Source: Fimbriosthenelais zetlandica
Lineage: Eukaryota
Reading direction: 5' to 3'
NCBI GenBank assembly: GCA_977030845.1
Contig: OZ365113.1
Coordinates: 18,848,001-18,912,000 of the forward strand
DNA: 64,000 nucleotides
Shown here piece after piece: positions 27,901-41,100 of the stretch. The notes under the pieces were generated by a model. The model was not told where the DNA came from and ran no database searches. It worked only from the letters and a program-made list of their open reading frames with translations. Numbering within the stretch: position 1 is the stretch's first letter; each line of letters starts with the position of its first letter. A program made the translations under genes and the position numbers.

Positions 27901-29238
27901 GAAACATGCACTGAGAAACTCTGTACACCCGGAAGAACGAGAAGAAAGTGATTTTTGTATTTCACACTTTAATCCCATCTCAATGAAAGAAATGAGCAAC
28001 GACCCAGTTTAAGTTATATCGATGCATGCAATAAGATCTTTTTAATTGGAATTCAATTCACTGGGCACCTTTGTCTTAGCTTGATCCTATGCATGCACCA
28101 TGCAGTATATGAAGATAAACATTTTTGGCTGTAGGCTACATTCTTGCGTGTTATCAGGACAACTATTATGGGCTATATCTACGTGTACCTTTCCGCTCTA
28201 TAATTAACCCCATGAACATAAATCAGGTTTTGCCCTTTCAAGTATAATGTGCTTTTCCTTTGAGAAAGAACATTTTATGTATAGAACAATTCTGAGCACT
28301 CTGTGATATAATTCAGGGTTGCTATATAGGACTTCTGTCTATAACAAAAGTAATAACTTTTAGGTGCATGAAATCCCGCTTGTGGAGTACATCCTCGAGT
28401 CTGGTGGTCCGACTGAACTTACACAAACACTCAGTGGGCCCTTTACAAATTCACTCCTCGTATACCATTCACCTCAGGGTCCAAGCAAACTCAGAGAAAA
28501 CTACCAAGATTGGTCAATAATAAATCCCTGCCGCTGCTTTCCATATTCAAAAAAGGCGCCACCGGCACCAAGAGCAAGCTAAATAACGTCTGCTCAGCAG
28601 GAATTGATTCCGCACCAGTCTGTGCATCGAATCCGACAAACGTCACCCACCGGAAACCGCCTTGCGCACCCACGTGACTGACAAGAGGGTGCTAGAATAT
28701 CCACTTCCGGAACTATTTGACGAATCGATTCTCATTTAGCCATAGGCTTGATAACATACAGTCCATTCAATCGACGGTTATTGAAACGATGACAGGGGCA
28801 GTTGCCAGCCCTCTTCCTCCCACCCCGAGTATCTCTCTAACGAATTAATTCAGTGGAATCGAAAATGTACATGATTAAATCAGGAGAGCTAGGTGACCTT
28901 CATATAGATCGCTTAGTTGTAATTTTATTATGCTTGATGGCGGTGCAGTTTTGCTATTAAACATCCCAAAGGGTAAAACCATATAGACAAGATGAACTCA
29001 TATATGCTCTATAATAACACAATTAGTTATTCAAGCTCCTATCAAATTCTAAGTTTTTGTTTAGAAATAATCACACTTTAGTAGCTTCTCATCTCGAGGA
29101 GCAGAAGAAAGTGCTTTCCAGTGTAGGTCTGATGTTAGCCGTCAAAGGAAAACTTAATGTGCCTAAAGGCATCACTTTCTACGTTCACACTGCCTGGCTA
29201 ACGTATGAAAAGTTTCCTTTGAAAAGATTCACGGTACC

Positions 29239-29257
29239 ATATATATATATATATATA
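29239..29257. repeat. (AT)n microsatellite
   Basis: (AT)9A read directly. Confidence 0.9.
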
Positions 29258-29678
29258 CATGTATGTGATAATTTCACAAGCCACATATCGTATCATAATA
29301 GATACGACTCTTTTATATTCATAGAGTCATTTATGTTATGCAGATTTTTTTTTCTGTTTCCCCTGTTATTGCCATATATTGTCTCTTTTGTCTCATATGA
29401 ATTCAAATCACTCTGTCACCATACATTGATAGACTGGAAGATATTATGTCTGCTCTTTATGAAGTTTTCGTTCAGTACATCATATATAAATCTATGTATA
29501 TATATAATGTTGGGAAATACGAACATAATCCTTTATACACAGCAAGTAATAACACAAATATTTAATCTTCAATGTACGCATGTATACGCTGTGAAATGAA
29601 AGGACAGGAGTAATGAACCAATATGTCTTTAGCCCGTGTCTGACTATAGTTCAGCATTTTATTTCCATCCCTATCATT

Positions 29679-29745
29679 GACCTCAGTGGTAGAGAGTGCT
29701 GCCTCTAAGTGCTGTTACATACGTAGGCTGTAGGAGTCAAGCGTA
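29679..29745 (+). mobile_element. Possible degenerate tRNA-derived SINE head
   Basis: A-box-like GACCTCAGTGGTAGAG followed by a poor B-box-like GGAGTCAAGC. No cloverleaf could be folded. Confidence 0.2.
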
Positions 29746-30465
29746 AGAACCATCCATCATTCTACCAGCTCCACCCACTGCCTACACGTGTCATAGAAGA
29801 TTATTTTCTATGTTTTCTCAGTGGATTTAGGACATGGAGCATGCTGCCTTGGGACTTTAAAATATATTCAGCAGTTGGCTTAGCATTCATAGATTTATAG
29901 TCTTTCTTTAAGTACCCGTTATAATGTCCTTCCCTGATGCATATAACACAGTGAAGACCTCACAATAAGGAGTTTTCCCATCCGAATTCTGTTCTTAGTA
30001 CCTGTCGTCAGACAACAGCATCGTTTTAAAGCTGAATATCCCGTATGCAGCTCTTAGCTGAAGGCAGTATTTTCTTGTCGCTCAGGAATTTTAACGACTT
30101 CCCACACAGGTTTTTAGTTCTATAATTTTTTAGACACTGCCGAAATAAATGTATTACATCATTCTCAACATTAGTATAAGGTATGACAATATAAACATGA
30201 TTGGAAAACAGGAAAGGACAAATTTCCTTCTTTCAAAGAATAGATCTCTTTGAAAATTAATGAGAAAATCTCTATCGCCAGTGACATTGGCGTTATTTCT
30301 GTCCATTAAAATATTAAAAGTCCTATAAGGGATGTTCCTTTGCATCAAGTCCCACTGTTCATTAGCGGTGAGTAGGCTATGGAAGAGGAATTTGTCTCAG
30401 TATGTAGGTCCTCCCAAGGAGCTCCAACCAAAGACCCTGTTTTAACGACCCTTTTACAAGGGCTT

Positions 30466-31680
30466 CTAAATCAAAGTTATCAACTTATCTTGGAGGAGCT
30501 AAGCGAAATGCGTCCAAGGGAACATTATAAGCATGGCTTTATGTTTAAAAGGGGAACATTATTGCTTTAAATGGTCTTCTTCTGCCACACCATTAATACT
30601 ATGGGCAGGTCTATACACGAATTCTCCAATCAAGTAGGGTCTAATACATTCAGTCAAAGGGTCTACAGACTGTCTATGGGTAGGTATGGAGCCTTTCATA
30701 ATCAATTATAGACCTTAATTAGTATCTCCTGGGCTTTCAGACTCGGTAATATCAGTATTGGAAACTAGGAGTCTCTTGTTAAAAAAGATTTGTAACCGTA
30801 ATTAATTTTATGGTAGTGATGATTGTCCCAGAAGCAAATGAATACCTATATTAGGATATATATATGCCATTCATAATACGCTAGCCCTGCATGAGTCTGC
30901 CAGCCATGGCTATGGATCATGAGGCCGAATGCTTCCCGATATTCCTTTCTACTGACCTTTTCCCCTATATCAAAATGACATCATGCATAATTTAGAATGA
31001 AATTTGGGAAAGCACAGGTCAGTGGCATGAACGTGTTCCCAAAGGTGATGAGCCATCATTTTGGAAAAAAACCCTAAATCAAAGTTATCAACTTATCTTG
31101 GAGGAGCTAAGCGAAATGCGTCCAAGGGAACATTATAAGCATGGCTTTATGTTTAAAAGGGGAACATTATTGCTTTAAATGGTCTTCTTCTGCCACACCA
31201 TTAATACTATGGGCAGGTCTATACACGAATTCTCCAATCAAGTAGGGTCTAATACATTCAGTCAAAGGGTCTACAGACTGTCTATGGGTAGGTATGGAGC
31301 CTTTCATAATCAATTATAGACCTTAATTAGTATCTCCTGGGCTTTCAGACTCGGTAATATCAGTATTGGAAACTAGGAGTCTCTTGTTAAAAAAGATTTG
31401 TAACCGTAATTAATTTTATGGTAGTGATGATTGTCCCAGAAGCAAATGAATACCTATATTAGGATATATATATGCCATTCATAATACGCTAGCCCTGCAT
31501 GAGTCTGCCAGCCATGGCTATGGATCATGAGGCCGAATGCTTCCCGATATTCCTTTCTACTGACCTTTTCCCCTATATCAAAATGACATCATGCATAATT
31601 TAGAATGAAATTTGGGAAAGCACAGGTCAGTGGCATGAACGTGTTCCCAAAGGTGATGAGCCATCATTTTGGAAAAAAAC
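30466..31680. repeat. Direct tandem duplication, 2 x 607 bp (period 608)
   Basis: 30466..31072 (ctaaatcaaagttat...ttggaaaaaaac) recurs at 31074..31680 with one extra C at the junction (31073). I found no mismatches reading the copies side by side. Confidence 0.95.
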
Positions 31681-34600
31681 GAGATTTAATAAACCTCATT
31701 GCACCTTTATTGAACTGGTCAGTTTCCTGTTACAAGAGAGGGTTCTCATCACACGATAAAGTTTCATTGATATTACCATTCTGATTGTTAAAGGCTAGAA
31801 TTGCAGCCATTTTCAGGTCTAGTTACACAACTTCTAGAGTTGCTCCCTTAAACTTGGTCAGCAAATATAGGCCTACTTAAAGATGGTCGCAAAATGTTTT
31901 TAAAAACGTTGGAGATACTGAATCTCTCTCTCCTTCTCTCTCCCTCCAGGTAATTGGTGTCGTTTTTTCTGCTTTAGACCTTTGCTGATTTTCAAAAATT
32001 ATTTTTGGCACCTGGCCATTTGGTCCCTGGCATTGTTTTATGGTAAAATGTGTGAGTGATCGATTCATAGTGACAAGTCATCAATTCAGATTAATTTCTT
32101 TTGCCTCGCACCACGATCTATGTTCTAGGTGCTAATTGAAGGAGCTGTCCGTGGCATTAAAGGCGACTGATGGACTGAGCTTATTAGATTCTCATCATTC
32201 ACTTATGATGCTTCCAGTATAATTTGTATGCCACTCAGTTTCTAACGTTTCTAACGTGGATTGCTACCTTTTGTTTTCCAGTTAATTGTGTCTTGTTCTC
32301 AAATTAATTAAGGTGACTTGTCTTGCACGTCTCTCTCTATATATGTATACTATTGTATTGAATTTGGCTCATGGAAACTATAGAAAGCTATATAGACATA
32401 ATAATATAGCAGAATTATCTTGTGTTCTGGGTGAGATATATAAAACTGCAGGGGGTGAAGAATGTCCCGATGACCTTGTATACTACTAAACACCACGTTA
32501 TAATGGCCTAGTCAATACAACACTCTGCCTCCTTCCTCTTGTATTTGAGTTGTCGTATTGAGTCATTAGTCAACTGTCTCGTAGAAGGTTCCTGAAATAT
32601 GAGGTCAATTGGTTCCACAATGCTGTATTGTTTCTTCCAAGGGGTATGACATCCAGGTCCAAAGAGAGATAAGCGTTCTTCTCCTGCTGGAGATGGTCAT
32701 CGATTGGTAAGAGATGAGCCTGGACTCACTGGAGGATTACATTGTGAAGCCATCTTTCTGCTTGAATTCTCTATCTAATATGGCTCTTCTTTACTTCCGA
32801 AATGTCTTGTGTATATCAGGCAATTTTATTTTCCTTTCCAACTGTATTGTGGCGGTGATCCCTGTAATCCTCATAGAGTATGTACTAGTAGACCTATATC
32901 TGAAATATATATGCATGTATCCAAGATACAAGAAAACCCGAACCATAAACTCTTTCTATAAAAGGTTCTGCAGCAATGGCCGTCATCTGAAAAAGGCCTT
33001 TTTATGATATCCAAATACCAGATGAGAAATCAGACACTTTAGTTCATGCCAATGATATCTCTGGTCAATAGCGTCCATATGAGTGCGCTTCAGGCCCTGT
33101 CAGAAAATTAGCACTTAGTCCGAGGGTCACCCTCCCATACGCCCTTTACCTTAATAGTGAGAGCCTTTCTAGAGTGGCCATCAGAATAGAATATTGTAGA
33201 GAGGGTGCTTGGTAAGTGAGCGAGAGGTAAAAATGTGTATACGTCAGAGATTTGTTATTTTCAGATGTTATTTATCATCATTACAATCGACAGTTCTGGC
33301 ACAATATTGTACAATATTGTTTACTGTCGAAATTTGGATAGGCATTAGACTAAAGTTTAAATCCTGCATATTGATTCATGAACCGAAGATTGAGATAATA
33401 GCATTTTGAACTAGCAAAGCTACAATGTGAATTTATAAGATACGTTCATAAAATATATTAGGTCTCTATCGATATAATTTGATCTTCCTATATATGAATT
33501 TGTATGCCTTTGACTTGCTATAGCGACCATTAATGTACTGGTCTTTGACATCATCAACACTCAATGCACCTATTGGACCCTCAATATAGTCAATAGTGAT
33601 CTTAAAGGACATGGCACTATGGCTTTCTATATCAAAATGGCTTTGCCTATAGGTAGTAGTTCAGTTACGGGCTCCTGGCCATCACTTTGCCATCGACCAC
33701 CCATGCATGGCATGTGTCACATGGCCTTTTCTGCTATGCCTTACTCGCCCCCCTCACGCCACCAGCTGATCAGCATTAAACCCTGCTCATGCTGTACTAT
33801 ATGCTTATGTTCAGCTCTTCCCCAATGATGAATGAATTGGGCGTAAGGAACATGCTTTTAGTGGCTAGTTGTTGCGCTTCCATGCCGCTAGTTCCCAAAG
33901 GAGGGTAATGGAAGAAGCTTGTATTGAGGAACAAGTGCTAGTTTTCTTCGATCTCCTACTGTGGAAGCATGAATGCAGTGACAGTTGTTCTGGTTCAAAA
34001 ATAACATGGTGCAGAATAAATGCAGTCAAATTTCCTTCTGTTTGAATGCTGGGGTTGATCGTCATTGTTAGTTGAATTGGAACTGTAAACGAGTGTGATA
34101 ATGGGCGTGTAATTGCACCCAATATAATGAATATTAGGCCAATGGTTGATGGCTCTAAGCTGAAAACTAGGACAAGATTCCACCCACACACTCAATCGTC
34201 AAGGCATAGGTTTGAAGGTCCCTATAATCTAAGGGGCAGATTTCTTTTCGTATTGAAAACCAAGGACTTTAATTGATTCGTTTTCAAGTCGGGAGAGCAG
34301 TAGAAAAGAGTGGAGATAAGAGTAAATTTTCAAATAAACATTCGAAGGAGCAATTAACAGATCAAATGATTTGTCAAGAAGGTACCACTGCAAGGATTTG
34401 TTCTCGCAATATTCGGTCTTGTGTTCCAGTAAAATGCGATCGATTTTTCAATAAGTTCCTCGATCGGTAATCTCAATCAGTATTTGTTATCTTCTGTCTT
34501 GGAATTCAAAACACCTGCTTACAAATGTGGAAGATTGGCTGAGAGACTTGAGCTATTTTGCCTACTCCCTGTTTGATAAGACAGAACTGGAGCTAAAGGG

Positions 34601-36069
34601 ATTGAAAGCCCTTTTTGCCTGGCGTGTGAGGAAAGACCTTCTATGCATTTCTTTCATTCTATCAAGATTAGGATCTTGTTCATCACCTTGATCTAACTGA
34701 GATTTGTACACTCATTACAGAGAGAGGAGCTTTCTTGGACCACAGCTAGAAACTGTAATCACTCAAATAGAAGGTGGGAAGAAAAGACGAGCTTTGAAAA
34801 ATTTAAAAATGCCTATGGTCCATGCATGATCCTTGTTTAATGTGAGGTCCGATGACGTTTCCACTGTTGTCTGACAGCAGAAGCTTTAAGTTTAAATTCA
34901 TCGTGCCAAGTGTTATATGGAGGTTGCAAAGAGGCAATGTAATTCTAATTGCGAGTAGAGCTCCTCTAATCTTGAATGATTAATCAGTCAACCTGATTTT
35001 CCCATCTCCCTCTATTTCTCCCTCAGTCTCTATTTTTATCTCTCTGCCACATTATAGTTGTGCTTTAACCTGAGTGATTACATTTTTTACTTAGGACCTC
35101 CAAGGAAACATTGATGGTTGAATTCCAAAAGAGATTCCAGCAGTAATCGCTGTGCATGTCTGTATGGCTCTGATTGGGCCTCGCTCTTCTGACAGTAAGG
35201 TAGTTATTGTTCTTTGCAGGGCGATCAGATCGTGTTTATCCTTCCCCCAGTTTTGTTTATCTGCAGGTGTCTCTTGTGGCCCTAGCCTGATGAGATTACT
35301 GTTCCCCGGATATCCTTATCGCGGTTGCCCCAGGGGCTCAAGTTGCAAACCTTACCTAACGATCAATCAGAGAACTACTCATGCTCGCCCATACATTGAA
35401 TTAGGATAGAGTTGCAGAGGTCACTATATACTGAAACCCATTTGGACTGCATGCACACTGAGTCCTGTACACTTGGAAGCCCCCAGGGCTTTTCTGTAAT
35501 GGGGATCTTGTATCCTGCTCTTTCACTCAGGTTTCCATGCCATTGTTGGTAGCCTTAAATTCTTGCTACATCTGCCAAGGCTTACTACAGGGTTAATTTT
35601 GATTTGGTATTCACATGCCTTCCTGAAACAAATGTACTGGTCCTTGGGGACAGACTACTAGGCTCTCCAGCCGCAATTACACTAAGCTCTATCTAATGAA
35701 GATCAAGATGAGTGTAATCAAATGCAGGAGAGGCATATTCATTCTTGTTCTTCTTCTATTCGGTGAAGGTGCTGCACATGTTCTTTCCTTTTCCAGGAAC
35801 GATTATTGAGAGTTAGTCCGAGATCTTTACAGATTGCACACTTTGGTGATGTCACCATAACACGCACTTTAGCAATTGCACCTTTTGTTCCATCCTGGAA
35901 TGTAGGGACCACGATGGAGCCATACAACTCATAAACATGCGTTAAGCTGATGACAAAACAGATAAAACGATATCCTGATAGCACTCTGTCACTTATACAC
36001 TTATATCGATAATTCACTATAATGAATATAAACAATTCAGACCGTTATTAATTTGTTATATTATTCTGT

Positions 36070-36313
36070 CTTTTCCCATCTTTTATGTATCAAGTCATAA
36101 AGCTAACTGAAGAATGAGAAAGGGGCCTCAAGCTCGTTTCCGTAAGTGAAAACAGGAAATCTTAAACTTGAATCTGTCCATAGCCATTCTGTTCCCATCA
36201 TTAATTTTATGTATCAAGTCATAAAGCTAACTGAAAAATGGGAAAGCTGCCTTAAGATCGTTTTCGTAAGTGAAAACAGGAAATCTTAAACTTGAATCTG
36301 TTCATAGTCATTC
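36070..36313. repeat. Diverged tandem duplication, ~124 bp unit x2
   Basis: ttttatgtatcaagtcataaagctaactga...cgtaagtgaaaacaggaaatcttaaacttgaatctgt occurs at ~36081 and ~36205, with scattered substitutions. Confidence 0.85.
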
Positions 36314-38104
36314 ATATATAGTTACTATAGGCTGTATATGTTACTATAATCTATATCTGTACTCTAGGAGTCCTTTATGTACAACTGTCAACAGTACTTT
36401 GTCTTTTTGTCCAGCATTCACATGCCCTAAATTGATATGTATTCATTTTCTATGAATATATGCTATTGCTTCGACAGCAATGAGGTCATTTCTCGTAACC
36501 AAAAGACAATCCACGCAAGTCCTATATCGTAAACATGTTGATCAATTTTCAAATGATGTTATCTGATCTCTGGATCGAATTGTTTAATGTTTCTGCAGTA
36601 TTTGAAGTAGACTCGTCGCTTATTACAAGCCATTTCTACACATGGTCGAGGAATCTTCTGAAATATTTAATTTCACTCCTGCCTAATCACTGTTTAGGGA
36701 CATTTGGTATCGCCGCTAGCCAGCTTCCTATTGATCTCTCATTAGTTCACCTCACTCTTGCATGGAGGATGGTGTGCCCATTTTTTCTGAGTTACTGTCT
36801 ACCAGTAATTTTTGGATGCCTTTGTAACCACTTCTTTGAAATTCTATTGTGAATCCCTATGATGAAGAATGGATTTGAGCAAGAAGCATATTTTTATGTG
36901 GCAGTTTTATAGCCGCATGAAAGTGACTCTTTGGTCAGCAAGTGAGGCCTAACCTCGGCTATAAACATTTGGTTCAAAACGGACACCACCAAGCCCCTGA
37001 CCTGCTCCAGCAAGGGAGATCCTTAAAGCTACAGCTAATGCTCATCTGTCAGAGTGAATTAATGTGAATCCTTAATGGAGTACTGAACGGGCCGTGCTGA
37101 CACTCAAGAATATCAAGTCTGTACCGAGGGAGTGAAGGCAGGCGGTGTAAGCCACCGATAGCCTGCCACCCTGTCCAACTGTCCGACTGCAATCTTCCAA
37201 TCCTGCTCTACCAGTTAACTTCTTCAAAGGCAGGGTCGGAGAAACATGACCTGCAAACGCACACTAGAAATTGTAACTTGATTCCCAGCTAAATGATGGG
37301 TAATAGACAAAAGGTCCTCACAAAAAAGGTTTCTACTTTAGGAAGTTCTGATTTCAGTTATTGTCACGGAACCAGGATACAACGTAGCCCTTTTTTTCTG
37401 CATGAGCCAACTGGGCATTCTAACGCTAATATTATTTTTAATGCCCAATCTTTATTATCTCTTTATCTCAACAATATTCAATCATATCCAGTTCGTTCAT
37501 CACTTTTCACCCCAATGAAACAATTCAATGGTGTTTGCCTTTCTCTCTACATGACAATTAATCTGTGTTGTATATTGCTAGTGGTTAAAGGTGTTGTTTA
37601 TGTTCTGTATTTCCGAGCAATTTTCCTCTCCTTCACATTTATGAAAGATGGCTTTTTGCTTGAGTGACGTAGGAGGTTACTTCAGCAGCAGCAGGAGTAC
37701 TCGGTGACGACTTTATTTAACTGAACATATTGGACCTTGAGGTGTGATTGAATTTTTACACCATTCCAATAATGGCTAAGTCGTGTCTAGCTTTATATGA
37801 AGAGGGAAAATATTTCCTACTGAGCCAAGTGGAGAGAGAATAAGCAGTCGGATGGAGTTTCGCCTTACAAGCCTTTAATCATAGGCAGATCCTTTTCTAG
37901 CCTGATCAGATTGCTATGTCGGTCCAAAGCTATATTGCCACAATTAATCACGCCCTCGCGGATATTTGCGAAGAAGATCTTTCCCATACCGCTTATATAT
38001 AAATTTATATATGTCCTTATAAAAACCAGTTGGCAGTCCCTCGTGATTCTGCATTTCTGCAGCGATTGCTTTCTTCTAACAATTTCTTAAACATAATGTG
38101 GATT

Positions 38105-38176
38105 CAGGCGTCTGTTTCAAAACTAATATTAGCATAGACTTAGCATTGCTAATATTACTTTTGAAACGGGCTCCTG
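38105..38176. mobile_element. Short hairpin MITE with the same terminal motif as the 6986 element
   Basis: CAGGCGTCTGTTTCAAAACTAATATTAGCA-12 nt-TGCTAATATTACTTTTGAAACGGGCTCCTG; ~30 bp imperfect arms, CWG ends. Confidence 0.65.
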
Positions 38177-41100
38177 GGAGTAAAATAATGTGCTTGCTGA
38201 ATCAATATGTTATGAATAGAACATACTGCCAGAGAAGGTGCCCTGCAAATAGAATTCAAGTGTAGTAGACCTACTCTTGCATGGCGAATGATCAGGCTGC
38301 CATTTGAGATTTCCACCAGCTAGTATGATATCCGCAATAGCACCTTGGATCTAAAAGTATGCTTAATTGTTGAGGGAGGATCTGACCGTGTCCGTGTCTG
38401 ACCTGAGACTGGATAATATGACATATTCTCGTCTAAAATCAATGAACGCCTCTTAATAGTAGTTTAATTTGGTATTAAGTATTGAAAAAGAAATACCACA
38501 ATCGTTTTCTCCCCCTTCAATTCTTTCCACCACAGACTTCCACATTTGTAGCAAGTTGGCAGGAAAACTGCTTTCCTGCCATTGAATGAAATGTTTGAGA
38601 CAGGAAATGGGACCAACTTTGTTAATGGCTCAAATCAGAAGTGTCCGATTTCTGAATGGTCCCGAGTCATGTTAATAGGAAATAATTACACGTCCCTGCT
38701 TGGGAAACTGGAAATCAAACTCTTGTCAAGTACTACGCAAATATTTGATGCAAACACTATAAAGATAAAAAGGCAGTTGATATTAGCTACACCACGCGGG
38801 GCACAAACTATAATCATGGGCGAATCCGTGCGGAAAATGAAAGCTTTTTTTCATTTTGCTTACAGTGGATGGATTCTTCCAATCTGGTAAGATTGTGTAT
38901 TTCTTTTTTTTTCAAATAAAAATGAGTATTGATGCAAATAGAGTGACCCATCTCGACGGGAGTATGAATAGTGTTTAGTGAACTGTTAAAAGAAATTGTC
39001 TGTCTTCTTGGAGGCATGCAAGAACCTTAGCTCAGTGGGATGTCACCCCTTGCTGTACATACAGCTGCAACAGAAGCCTATGTCAACAGAAATCCCTTCC
39101 TCATTGATTATCTAGTTCTCTTCATTGGCATGAATTCATCCACCGGCACAATATTGCCATAAAGAGGGCGAAAATAGGAGTTTCTGGCCGCACCGAGTGA
39201 CATAATAAGCAGCCCAGCTGGAGGCAGCCCACTGCAGTTATTGTCCCTTGTATAGAAGTCACTGGCCTCCTGGTGAAGACCATATGCTCCACGTGCACCT
39301 AGGATTCTGAAGGAGTCTCCCTAGTGACGTACGTCTAGGAAGATGAATTCCCTGCTGAATGCTCTATCATCTGATATGTTCATGAGTCGGTGCATTCCTG
39401 TACCATAAAGGCCCAAAATCCCATAAAAGACAACGAATTCATTGCTGTGAATGTGCAAATATTTTTGCAATATTACACTTAACTGAACATTCTTCCGGGA
39501 ATGAGGAGTCTAGTTTTGTTAATATCGGTGAATTATCCATAATGGAGATGCACTCCCTGTCTATAAGTAAAGTCATGGTCCGTTTTATTTATTTATGGCA
39601 GATTATCAAGGAGGCCTTTTACATAAAATTCACTGTTAAGCAATGCTTACAATATCAGATTTTCTGTTTCAGTAACTTGATAATTACAACAGCCAAAAAT
39701 GCCTTGTTTAAGCACATGCTGAATTCATCCTTGTGACTCATACCGCGTGAATTGTTCTTTAGTATGCCTTACAGTAGATACTGTAAGACGAACATGCCAT
39801 TACCAATAGGTTTAGTGTGTGTGACATTCTCAGCTGAGATCATGTGCTGTCATTTATTTTATGCACAATTTATGCAAGACACTAAACACTTATCTGTTGA
39901 ATTTACAGCATGTAAAAACATAGAATCTATCTGTTTAGTTTCAATGGCAGTAATACTGATAGAAAATAACATGATAGACTGCATTATTCATGACATCTGA
40001 ATGGGCCTTTAACCTATGAAGTTGAATTCATGTGAAACACAAACCATGCTGTCATGATGCATGCAGAGCTGTTTTAGCCTTAATATCAGTGATATTCAAG
40101 TTTAAATCAGGTATGGGATACATGAAGACAATCCAAATTCACCTTGTATAAAAGGTCCTAAAACACCATCTATATTGCTGTGCCAGAGTTCATCACTTCC
40201 GGTCCCAAGTGACACGGCTTCCGGTGTATGTGAAAGCTGAATCAATCAGCTTTTCTAACACGCTTATACACACTGTGTGCATATAGCACATACTGGAATG
40301 GAAAGGACCCAGATAATAGAGCGTACACATTTTGTTTGTTACATGACCCTACTGAAAATCGTGATGGAAGAAAGAGATTCTGAGATTCTGGCCGGAAGTG
40401 GTGAATTCAGGTTTCACCACACCAATTTAGTTGTTGCACCACATAAATCCGTCTGTGTTGGGCTGTGCGTATTATCTAGCTTTTACTTAATTAATATGAG
40501 TATTTTATGTTTAGCCTCGGGTTTGAGAGATTGGCCTGTCTTATCTTTAGTTCTTTAGTCATGAATTTTTCTCAATCTGGTAGCTAGAACGTCCTTTCTA
40601 CTTACTTCTACACACTCTGTACCTGGAGGTAATGTTAAACAAATCCTATTAAAATCTGCCAAGTGAATGTCAATCGAGATATGTCGTGCAAAGTTCGCAA
40701 GGTAACTGGCAGACAGCCAGATCCCTAGAGAAATACCATAATTCAATCGAAGCCCTCTCCGACTAGACTGGTTCCTGATATGGCTATAAATTCTCTAGAT
40801 TTCTCAATATGGGCCGACCCGATTTAAATTTAGATATTTCTCCTATTTCCTCTTATGGGCTCTGGTATTGCTCGGGATTCTAATAACCAAGAGGATATAT
40901 TCCCATTTGGGAACATATAATGTTGACCCAAGGCCTAAAGAAAGATGTTACAATCAGGTTTAGTGGATGATTTATGCCCTAGAGGGGTAATCACATCAGA
41001 AGCAAGGAGGAGAATAAATAGATATATTGATAGGATTTCCCAGGGTTGTTATCACTTATTTATGTCTTCCGAGTGCTATCTCACAAGTCAGATACCCCTG

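Noticed and set aside
29057-29599. 180 aa ORF, the longest outside HRH1
   Set aside because: Near-cognate start, runs through an (AT)n microsatellite, AT-rich composition (F/I/Y/L-rich) and no recognisable motif; likely spurious.
31069-31078. Telomere-like AACCCTAA at the duplication junction
   Set aside because: A single unit created by one extra base; not evidence for telomerase-mediated insertion.
36535-36852. Minus-strand HTILH / VPKQ / VISDES, resembling mariner transposase
   Set aside because: Motif spacing is inconsistent with mariner, with multiple stops and no TIRs found.
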